The notes beneath the pieces were generated by a model. That model ran no database searches, was not told the DNA's origin, and worked only from the letters and a program-made list of their open reading frames with translations. A stretch of 64,000 nucleotides of DNA from Lingula anatina (lineage: Eukaryota; Animalia; Brachiopoda). The stretch lies in the NCBI GenBank assembly GCA_051362555.1, contig JBPQGU010000016.1:6451795-6515794 (forward strand), given 5' to 3'. Of this stretch, positions 1 to 9,800 are shown in pieces; positions within the stretch are counted from its first letter, which is position 1, and each line of letters begins with the position of its first letter. A program made the position numbers and the translations under genes.

Positions 1-625
1 TAAAATATTAATAATAATAATAATAGAGGGTTAGGGGTAAAATTGTAAAGATATTATTGTTTGGGCACTTTCAAATTAAATCTGCTAAAACTGATCTGTA
101 AGCATTGTGTTTGGGATTGATGATTTCTCCAGTAACAGAGGATGTCGTAAATCGAAAGGATTAAAAGTTTTGTTAATATGCCCAGTATTTTGTAAATAAT
201 TGAGAGCATTTTAAGAATACATCTACAGGATTTCCAACAGCCCACATTTATAAATACAATTTGTATGAATTTACGATATTGCTTTTTTAAAAATCTGTCC
301 TACATTTTTTATAGTGAGACGGGTTTTTTAATATCTATTTATAAATTAGTTCATCCTCCCAGATAAAATTTTCTTAATTTAATATAAGTCCATATTCTAA
401 GGGTTTTGGTTTGCTAGAGAAAATTGTTTCAAATTTCACGACCTTCTCATCAAACGAACGCTTCAATTTTAAATTAAAACGAAAATATAAGAGATCTTGA
501 CACACTTTTGAAATGGGAACAATGAAATTTGCTCCTCCACCCAAAACTTAGAACTGCATATTCTGATATGTTTGAAAATGTCTCATTAAAATCATAATTA
601 AAATAAATTGATCCTTTGATATAAA

Positions 626-1085
626 GAAATGGACTCGCCCCACCTGTCACCCCTCAAATCGAATGGACTTGTCCCACCTGTCACCCCTCAGATGAAATGG
701 ACTCGCCCCACCTGTCACCCCTCAAATCGAATGGAATCGCCCCACCTGTCACCCCTCAAATCGAATGGACTCGTCCCACCTGTCACCCCTCAAATGGAAT
801 GTACTCGCCCCACCTGTCACCCCACAAATCGAATGGACTCGCCCCACCTGTCACCCCTCAAATGGAATGGACTCGTCCCACCTGTCACCCCTCAGATGGA
901 ATGGACTCGCCCCACCTGTCACCCCTAAGATGAAATGGACTCGCCCCACCTGTCACCCCTCAGATGAAATGGATTCGCCCCACCTGTCACCCCTAAGATG
1001 AAATGGACTCGCCTCACCTGTCACCCCTCAAATGGAATGGACTTGTCCCACCTGTCACCCCTCAAATCGAATGGACTCGACCCAC
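626..1085 (+). repeat. 34-bp minisatellite, ~13.5 copies
   Basis: Tandem units of consensus AATGGACTCGCCCCACCTGTCACCCCTCA(A/G)AT(C/G)(G/A). Confidence 0.97.
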
Positions 1086-1106
1086 TTGAAAACTTTCAAT
1101 GCAGGT

Positions 1107-3999
1107 CAGTGGTGGGTGGAAGGGTATCACGTGATTTTCGGGAGCCAATGAAAAAAGCAGGAATTTTACACTCCGTTATAGGTAAACAAAATGGCACGTT
1201 CGACGCACCGGGAGGATTGTTTATTTAGGAGGCATGCACATAAATTTGGTGGGTATTTTAAAAGCATTTTACTATTTACAACAATCAGTACCATCTCAAC
1301 TTAACTCATGTGAAGTGATTTTCAAGTGTTTGGTCTGTTTATGTTTTTATGACAATTTAAACTAGGCATAGCTTCATATGTAGTTTGACAATTGTAAACT
1401 GAAGTTTTCACACCACAAGCCTTCTTTCAAGTGAAATATCTCGAAAAGCACTGGGACGATTTTTTTCCAACTTTTCAGTAATGTTGCTCATTTATTTGTT
1501 GACAAAAAGTGCCGATGGCACCCCTGGATCTTTGGAGTTATAGACGGTATAATCCTTCATACCCAATTACGACCATTTTTGTAGGAATGCGTCTTTATAA
1601 TGTTAAACTCCCTCATTAAAAAGCATATTTCTGAAAAAGTAAACAGTAGATTTTTTCCAAATCTTAATCTGACGTTTTTCGTGTACCTTTTTACATAATA
1701 TGTAGCCTGCAACTGACAGCACCCCTGGGTCTTGGGATATATAGACAATGCAGTGCCATGGCAAATTACGGCCATTTTTGTTTGAGTGAATTTTGGATCA
1801 CGCAGACCCCGTCTTTCAAATCAAATATCTGAAAAAGCAATCGGACAATTATTTTCAAAATTGTCAGAAATGTTGCTTAGATATTGGTTAGCAAAAAGAG
1901 CCTATGGCACCCAATGGCACCCCAGGATCTTGAGAATTATAGGCTGTATATAGTGCATGCCAAAGTACTGTTTTGGTTATCCCACAGCCAGCATTTATAA
2001 CAACAGCATAATTGCACTTGTATATCACTTACATGCTTGTCTGTATTTTAAAGCATAATGTGCAATCTGATCACTATACAAGCACATTCCTACAACTGTT
2101 GAAGGGCTAGTCATGGTATTAGTCAGTTACAACTACTTGTCATTCACTGTGTATGATGTACAAGAGCCTATTATATCTCAACTGTAGCTCCATATAATAG
2201 CACTCTTTTATGCCACATACAGTAATTGGCTCAAGTACATATCAAATAAACATTTTTTTTAAATACTGATGATAGTCTCATATCTTTTTCAGCATGGACT
2301 ACAATTTTTATTTTTGAAATGCTGTGCACTATAAAGGTGAGATGTAATTCATCGGAATACCATAGTTGTAAACTTGTGACTTATGTTTCCATTGCTCATC
2401 TATTTCGTTAACATTGACAAAAACATGTTCTGTGTTTGTTTTGCCTAAACTTTCATTTTAATCTTACTATCATAAAAATTGAAATCATATTTAAGTATAA
2501 TGGTAACAGGTTACCTAAAAAGTTGAAGCCTTATCCAGTTAAATAATAATAATATCAAATATAAAACATTTACTGCTTTTTAATTTCAGGGAATGGAAAC
2601 AGCTTTTAACCTCATAATGGGATACCGCCTATGGATTGTAGCTGAAATTAGAGACTTGAGATAACAGGAATGATGTTTGTTATTTCCAAAATCTGTGCCT
2701 TCATGGAGTGTGACATTGTAATAAACATGATTGCTTTTTAATTACTCAGTCATCAAATGTTAAATTAGTAGTTTGTCACAATATCAAATATTGTATTATC
2801 TGCATAGAGAATTCCCCTCATCTTTTGTAAGTTAAGTTTTGATTAATTAAGTAAAGTGAGTAGTAAGTCTCATGAACTTGGAGAAAATTAAATACTGCAG
2901 ATCTTGAAAAAACTTCGTTTATTGTGATTTCTGTCAGATATGAGGATTTGTAAATGTTGATAATACATTACATTTTCTGTCTCTTATTATATGCATTTAC
3001 CATGATTTCTCACTCTGAGTAATGTTCGCATCTGGCAAACTAACTTGAAATTCAAGGCATATTTTATAGTTTTAAAAAAGTGATATTAAAATCTGACCAA
3101 TACGAATTTAAAGTAATCTGAATTCTATCAGGATTTCAGTCTTGCCTGTGCTATGTATGTATTTGTAGGTTGTCACCCTTTTAAATCATTTAAAAAGTAT
3201 TATTATATTATTTCAATATTTTGTGAATATTTAAATGAGTTATAAAATTTATAAGAAAAATGTAAGAAATAAAATATACTGTTAATTATGTTTTTATGAA
3301 ATATGTGAAATAAAAAGTTTATAATCATATCAAAGTTCTTCCATTTGTTTATGATAATTTTGTCATTTTACATTTTCTTTGCCTTAAACTTTGGTCAAGC
3401 TTACTTTCCACAAAAAAAAAAAAAAAAAAAAAACTTTGTCACATGCCCTTTCTTATAGTTATCTGAATTATCAACTTGTCATAATTTACTATTTTAATTT
3501 CTAGAGTTAATTATTATTCTTATTCAAACAAGAAATTATCAATTATACACAGAAAAATTAAAGTCAATAACAAATCAACACTGCCAGCAAATTTTACTCT
3601 GCCCAAGCTACAGTCACTATATATAGGATAGTAGGCCTACACACTGACAGAGATGTGATACCTATGCCACGGTGACATTTTACAACTCTACTCGTCGGTT
3701 TGTTGATCATAAATTGCACATTTTTTCAAGTGTTTCATTATTAGTTTGTAGCATCCATATTTATATTTATATACATTTATACATAATGAAACAAAGTCGG
3801 CGTAACGTTACGCAAATGCCCCAATAAACAATGCATCGCACACAGTTGCGCCAACGTTAACGCTTTACTGGACGAAGACGCAGGAAGACGTCGCCGGGAG
3901 CTCACTTTCGATGTTCACTCTTCGACGGCAAAACGTCAAATGACTGACGTGCGTGCGCATCTTTTGACGTATCACGTGATACCCTTCCAACCACCACTG
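1107..3999. mobile_element. Non-autonomous TIR DNA transposon, 2893 bp, 29-bp TIRs, 9-bp TSD (MULE-like by TSD length)
   Basis: Left end CAGTGGTGGGTGGAAGGGTATCACGTGAT (1107-1135); right end ATCACGTGATACCCTTCCAACCACCACTG (3971-3999), 28/29 inverted match; AATGCAGGT on both sides (1098-1106, 4000-4008); no transposase ORF seen inside. Confidence 0.9.
1425..1960 (+). repeat. Three diverged ~190-200-bp tandem repeats inside the TIR element
   Basis: Recurring TTCAA..AAATATCT.GAAAA..., GATTTTTT.CAA..., GCACCCC.GG.TCTT...TATAG blocks at ~1425, ~1620, ~1815. Confidence 0.7.
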
Positions 4000-4793
4000 A
4001 ATGCAGGTCGTCTTCTAACAGGGTCTAGCTATCCAGTGACCAACCAGGAGCATAGCTTGCACTGCGATGCGCGACTTTTTCTTATGCAAATTACAACTGG
4101 TACAGTGCATGGCACATTTGAGGAGTTGCTGTGGAAATTGGTCTCAAAGAACGGCGAAATTATGGAATATTATTTTACTATTGTGACAAGGCTATTACCC
4201 GCGTAGACCTATTTGTCACCATACATAATAGGACAACTAGTTTATATTAAATCAAAAACTAAAAATAGCAATGAAGATAGGTATAACAAGTAAATGATGA
4301 TGCTCATACATTCGGGGAGTAGCTTTGCGTAGGATGAAATATATTGTATTGTACGCCCCCCTGGCTGTCGATTGTAAGTAATAGACATAAACTGGCCCGC
4401 TCGAAGATTCTGCGGGTCCGTGGTCAAAGTTAAATAAAAATAACCATGATTAAGGGAAGTTATTGAAGTAATCAATTTAAGATTTTAGAGATACTAATAA
4501 ATTTACCTATTTTAACACTGGTCGTATTCACAAAAGATCGTAAACATTACAGAGAGAAGGAAAAGTACCCAAGAGAAGGGAGGGGGGGGGGGGTGTGTGA
4601 AGGAGCGCAATGTGAAACAAATTAATATTATGTTCTTATTTATCTATTCAATTTCATAAATAATTTGTAAACTCTTCACTCTTGATTCAAATAAATAAAA
4701 AGCAACAATTAAAACTTGTAGTACTTGCCACAGAAGCCAAACTGAAGTAAAACATTTGAAATAGCATAAAAAGAGGAAGACAAGTAAAAAAAA

Positions 4794-6445
4794 TTAAATT
4801 CCCAAATTTTTAGAAACTAATAATCTTTCTTCGACAGTATCCTTAACATAACCGTCTTTTGTGTTTTCAGATCGCCATCTACCGTGTTTCTTAAACAGTC
4901 TGTCTTTAGTCCCTGCATTAGAATCCAGCATATGAAATCAAACAAACGGAAAGTACTGACTCGTAATTTCGGATTTTTCTTACAGTTGGCTGTACCATGA
5001 AACCATTTTAAAGTGTAAAAAGATGTCTAAACCGCAGCAGAATAATTACAAGTTTGTGACAAATTTTGAAGATAAAAAGCAACAATCGAGTCTTTCGCTG
5101 TAAAGAAAGAGGTCACACCGATCGTATTACACCGTTCAAGCCATTTTTGGAAGCCGTAAGAATATTTTCTCACTGTGTTGTCTGCTCTTGACTTCAAAAT
5201 GACATCTGGTAATGAATCTGCTAAAGCCTTCAAACTTTTATTGCTTGTAACCTCCACGTCTTGGAGGATAGCATTATCAAGAAAACATGAAAAAAGAAAA
5301 AAAGAAAATTTTTGAAAACAAAACTCTAGCAATCGTTCCCATAATCTCTGTTCATCCTGGACAATAATCATGTCCATGTTAACTGTCATTGATCAATGAT
5401 TGTGATCCTAATGGCCATTTCTTCCATTCCTTCCTTCAATGTTGCAGAACTCCATTACAGCATGTTGTATCGATAACCCATTGGTAACTAGAGCGCAGAC
5501 CTCCGCCAAGGCAGCGATTTTTTATTATTATTGATTTTTGATTGATTATTGATCCGGATCACCACCAAAAAATAATCATCTCTTCCTTGGCCCACTTCGT
5601 ACAGTTCCTGAAAAATTCATCAAAATCGGTCTAAGAAATACATAAACAAAGCCATCTCCATTATATCAATGATCCAGTGATCGTCTGTTTATCTCTCCTT
5701 CGAAGAAAGTGAGTTTTAAATTCTATAAACAGATGACCAATTATTCATCTACTTTAAATCCCTTTAAATATGAAAAACTTATTCGTATTTAAAACAAATG
5801 GTCCCAAACCGGGTTTTCTGGCATCTGAATAGACCGTTTTTAACTTACTAGGCAAGCTTTGTACACGTAGACTTTTCTCATTTAAAAAAAAAAAGAAAAC
5901 TAAATTGTCTTTCCAAAAATTAATTCTTTAATGCAAGACATTCGTCTTTAATATTAATATTAAAATCCCAATGCTTCCTCTAGTTATTTATCTAGATACA
6001 TTTCCAATCAATGGAGACATAATAATAAAACAGAAATAATTTTACCTGTAACCCTGGCCAATTTTATAGCTGTTATATACGGTAAATCTGAAACCAATTC
6101 GTCTAAAAGACACAGAGTATTACTAGTACATGTAGAAATCCTTCTTTCGGGAATAAACAATCCCCTTACTTCCATGTCCCAAATAATCCCCAACCATTCC
6201 AATTTGTTGACTGGTTCTAATTTACTTTTTTCAGCGTTTAAAACAAAATCTGCTTTAAACAGATCCATTTTAATTTTTTTAGAATGTAGTTTTAAATGTA
6301 ATATATTTTTCTAGAGAATTTTCAGACACAATACCGTCATCTAAATAAACAACAATGGGGATTCCATTTTTCTCCAATACCCAACTAAACGTCTAAGTAT
6401 TTTAGTAAAAATAAACGGTGCTGAAGAAAGGCCAAACGAAAGTAC

Positions 6446-6485
<40 letters not shown>

Positions 6486-6545
6486 ATTCTTTCCGTTGAT
6501 TTAAAAAAGTTTGAGATGCCGGAGCAATATCTAAATGGTGAATAA
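4794..6545 (-). mobile_element. Decayed DIRS/Ngaro-type tyrosine-recombinase retrotransposon (RT-RNaseH-YR fragments), copy 1
   Basis: Minus-strand fragments HHLDI, VLSFGLSSAPFIFTKILR, frameshifted IVVYLDDGI, LEWLGIIWD (RT); VYSDA (RNase H); LKSRADNTVRKY (YR N-terminal part); NAGTKDRLFKKHGRWRSENTKDGYVKD...KNLGI* (YR C-terminus with catalytic Tyr); frameshifts and deletions. Confidence 0.9.
5486..5630 (+). mobile_element. Short non-autonomous Helentron/HINE-like fragment nested in the DIRS relic
   Basis: AACTAGAG start, ACCTCCGCCAAGGC, GATCCGGATCACCACCAAAA and AAATTCATCAAAATCGGTC motifs typical of such elements; lies between RNase H and YR remnants. Confidence 0.55.
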
Positions 6546-6589
6546 ATAAATAAACACAACACTAAACTGCAGAATTATCTCAACAAATA

Positions 6590-7292
6590 TTATCTGTGGT
6601 CTTGCTCACATTCCCAAAAGTGAGAGTGTAATATGCCTTTGGTCCATGCAACCAGATCTCTTGTCCTCCTTGTCTGTTCAGCCTAAAATTGCAAGACAGC
6701 TATTTAATTCTAAATGCATAACTCTATTAAAAAGGAAAATGTCCATGATGGAAAAAACTCATTTATTTTTTCTACCTGAAGATATGGAAAATGGTGCAAT
6801 AGTTTGTGTTGTTCTCATGCATATCTACTCACAGTGATTATCTTCTTTCCAAGATTTTTGCCCCATGCCAAATGTCCCACGAATGTTTTATCCCGATTCA
6901 TTTTTTTTTCCTGAAATAAGAAAAATTTAGCTAAATATATAGAGAGATATAACAAAAAAATAGCAAGAATTGCAACTAAATAATCACATACATGTAGATA
7001 CATTTCACATACTAAATTTGCTTTCTAATTATTATAGTAAGACCTAAACAGCACTTTGTACTTAAGTGTGCAACAAGGGCATCTTTGACCACTTCTGTTG
7101 CACTGATTCCTTTTTTTTTTTCAGGAAATCCATAGCCCTGACAAACCCTTCCTTCTCCATTACAGAGCTACTCAGCTTGGTTTCTTTCTTCCTTACAACT
7201 TCTGCTTCCAACACATCCCCTGTTTCATAGTCAACAATAATGCTCGCGCAATATTGTGCACTATGTCCTGGGCTGTCCATTCTGCCATCAAC
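6590..7292 (-). pseudogene. Intron-containing DDE transposase relic (Kolobok/'Mutator-like' type), copy 1
   Basis: Exon after TTCATAG acceptor: DGRMDSPGHSAQYC...VRKKET...SSVMEKEGF...EVVKDA; next exon KHSWDIWHGAK(N)LGKKIIT ending at GTGAGT donor; next exon LVAWTKGILHSHFW; frameshifted. Confidence 0.75.
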
Positions 7293-7501
7293 TATGAATA
7301 AATGGGATATATCGAAACACGGACATCATAAATATGTGGTGCGACAATTCCTAAAACAACACTTGGTGGGATTTAGGACACATTCCTATAGACACCACAG
7401 GTCTACATTGATCGACCAGACTTGGCACGGATTTTCACTGCTATCAGCTGAATAGGTAACCCCCCCCCTCTAAGAAATAAAATTGTTCATGTTCCTTTTG
7501 T

Positions 7502-7502
<1 letters not shown>

Positions 7503-7548
<46 letters not shown>
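7503..7548. repeat. (TA)n microsatellite
   Basis: Pure TA run of ~23 units; ~30 units at the paralogous site ~42079-42138. Confidence 0.95.
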
Positions 7549-7552
<4 letters not shown>

Positions 7553-8332
7553 CCAAAGGAATAGAGGGTAATAAGTCATACTCAAATTATATTTTAGGAT
7601 GCCAACCCATGTTATTTTCATCTTATTCCTTCTCAAAGTGTGTCTTGCCTTTAAATGTAAAGCTTTATGTTATTTAATGAAAGACAATATAAGTTCCATC
7701 TGTTTAGAGATGTACAGTTGTATGTCGGTCTGCTTTATAGCAATTAAGTCCCTGCTGTGGTTTAGGCCTACTGGTCACAACCAGAACATCAGAACCACTG
7801 CTTCCATCCACCGCTTCTACTTGTGGACATGGGTACACTTGATATAGAAACAAAACACGCATTTAGTTAAAATTTTAGATTAATCCATTTAATCCATAAA
7901 GTTTAAATAACACATTTGCAATAAAGTTTTTGATTAAGTGTTTTATCAAAATTAAAATAGATTATTGTAATAATGTTATTAAAGTATGTGCCCTTTTTCA
8001 AATGCAAAGAATGCAAAGCAACCCTTATATATACATGTACCTGTATATAAATATGTTTGATAAGATCTATTGGAGATATTTAAGCACATTTAAAAGACAC
8101 TCACTCCGAAACAGAGTTTTCAATATCGCTTAATTTGGGATCAGGAATGGACTTAGCAGTGGTCCTCACCCTCGCCTGAACAAAGAAGCTCAAACAAATC
8201 AAGAACAAATCAATATCCGAATAACGACGGTGATATGGCCCTGCTGGCGCATATTAATTTCGTGATCTGTAAACACAGGGAATCAGCAGTTGTAAACATT
8301 CTCTTATAGTATATTTTGAACAAGCTGTCTGT

Positions 8333-8405
8333 ACAGGGAGGGGGGGGGCGGGGTCGGCCCGCCCCCTTAAAATATTCCTGGATCCGTCCCTGGATCCGCC
8401 ACATG
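8333..8405. mobile_element. Right end of a CAGGGGCGGATCCAG-type MITE, terminal motif locally duplicated
   Basis: CCTGGATCCGTCCCTGGATCCGCCA, same end motif as the elements at 27688, 29516 and 33141. Confidence 0.5.
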
Positions 8406-8439
8406 GTACCTATCTGTATCTTAAAAAAAAAAACTGCTG

Positions 8440-8561
8440 GTATATGATAGACGGGAAGAGGGAGCGCATGGGAAATGACGGTGTAGGCCGGATCTAAAGC
8501 CTTCCACAGTTTCAGCAGTAACTTGTTGGTCACTTCGTTCATTCCACTCGGTGACTGTTCT

Positions 8562-8616
<55 letters not shown>

Positions 8617-8640
8617 AAACTGGTGTGTCGCAGTGTGATT
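8440..8640 (-). mobile_element. 3'-terminal fragment of a non-LTR retrotransposon ORF2 (CR1/RTEX-like)
   Basis: Minus strand (NS)FFTRTVTEWNE...VTAETVEGFRSGL matches the SFFPRT..WN.L....V.A.S...FK..L tail of these RT ORFs. Confidence 0.7.
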
Positions 8641-9800
8641 CTTGCACTTAAAGTTTGTTTTAAATCCTAATATTAGCACATAAATGTAATTTATTCTAAA
8701 ATGTGAGGCCTAATTATAAGGAGCTACGGGCAAATTTCTTCAACAATCAGTTTCTTTTTCAAACTGATTGTTTGACACATCATGATAACAACGGAAACCA
8801 CCAAACTTCAATTAAGATAATTAATTGTATTTATGTAGCAAATGGGTTGTTTTAGTGGTGGTATTAACTTTTTGGTAATACATCAACGTTTTGTTTATAG
8901 GAAATTAGTCTGGTTAGTTAGTAGTAGGTAGTAGGATGGTAGTTTGGGTCTTGTGTCTGCACATTTTTACCTTAAGTAGTTGACCAAGGCAAGGTGATAA
9001 CAGATGTCCCGGGTTAAGGAATTTCTTAGCTGCTGTGTATCTAGGCACACACATTTGCACCCCCACCTTTAATAATTATATATTTCTTTTTAGTTACCCG
9101 CACGAAAATGCAGTAGTATCGAAGTAGCAAAGCGGCGGGAGCATATTTGCATAATAGCCTACTGCAATTCTACTCCAAAAAGTACATAGGTTTGTACAGA
9201 GAGGAGCATAAATGCATAATTTTTTTAATTCCCATGACAAAACACCCCGGTGACTCCCTTCGCCACATAAGTTTTCATGTAATTATTAAACAGAGCAAAA
9301 AATCTCCCTATTTCTGTAGAATTATAAATTTTATGAAAGATGTTTTTGGGACTAATTCTATTGAGCTGCATTCAGTGAGAAGTCATTCAGCTTTGTAGCT
9401 GCGGAGATATTGACGGCCGCACTAAAAAATTCCTGCAAAACTGCATGAACAGAATATTTTGGTGAAACATTTCCTATTCTCATAGACAGCAGACTCACTG
9501 ACGTAACTCCCAATGCCACAAAAAGTTACTTTTCATACCGGCAGTACTGTAATTGAACATGTGCATTCTCTTGTTTGTAAACAAACCACTGCACTGCTCA
9601 CAGTTGTAAGCTCCCTCCGCCAGATGTCCGAAACTGTATAGCACTGAGCCAGGTCTCGCCAAAAATAAGAAGCAATTTAGGCCCAAACCTGCTACTTGAC
9701 ACCAAATTAACCACTAGCAACACACAAAAAAGGCAGGAAAAAAACTGGAAACAATCACTAATTTTTCAAGCAGAACTTCATTCGTTATAAAAGTCCGTGA

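Larger units (their letters stand above)
1..9800 (+). repeat. Large direct duplication, copy 1 of non-satellite block (continues into satellite array; starts at or before window start)
   Basis: Near-identical and collinear with 34444-44357 (e.g. ORFs 54..245/34506..34697, 5027..5389/39629..39991, 9147..9398/43701..43952); differs by scattered SNPs and indels. Confidence 0.97.

Noticed and set aside
25-40. Telomeric repeat (GGGTTAGGG)
   Set aside because: Single unit only
626-1085. CRISPR array
   Set aside because: Units are contiguous 34-bp repeats with no unique spacers; no cas genes; eukaryotic context
629-1228. Pro-rich repeat protein ORFs
   Set aside because: The 34-bp period is not a multiple of 3, so the same peptide cycles through all three frames with stops
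5027-5389. Functional standalone integrase gene
   Set aside because: Only the N-terminal YR part; the catalytic core is deleted and the frame is broken
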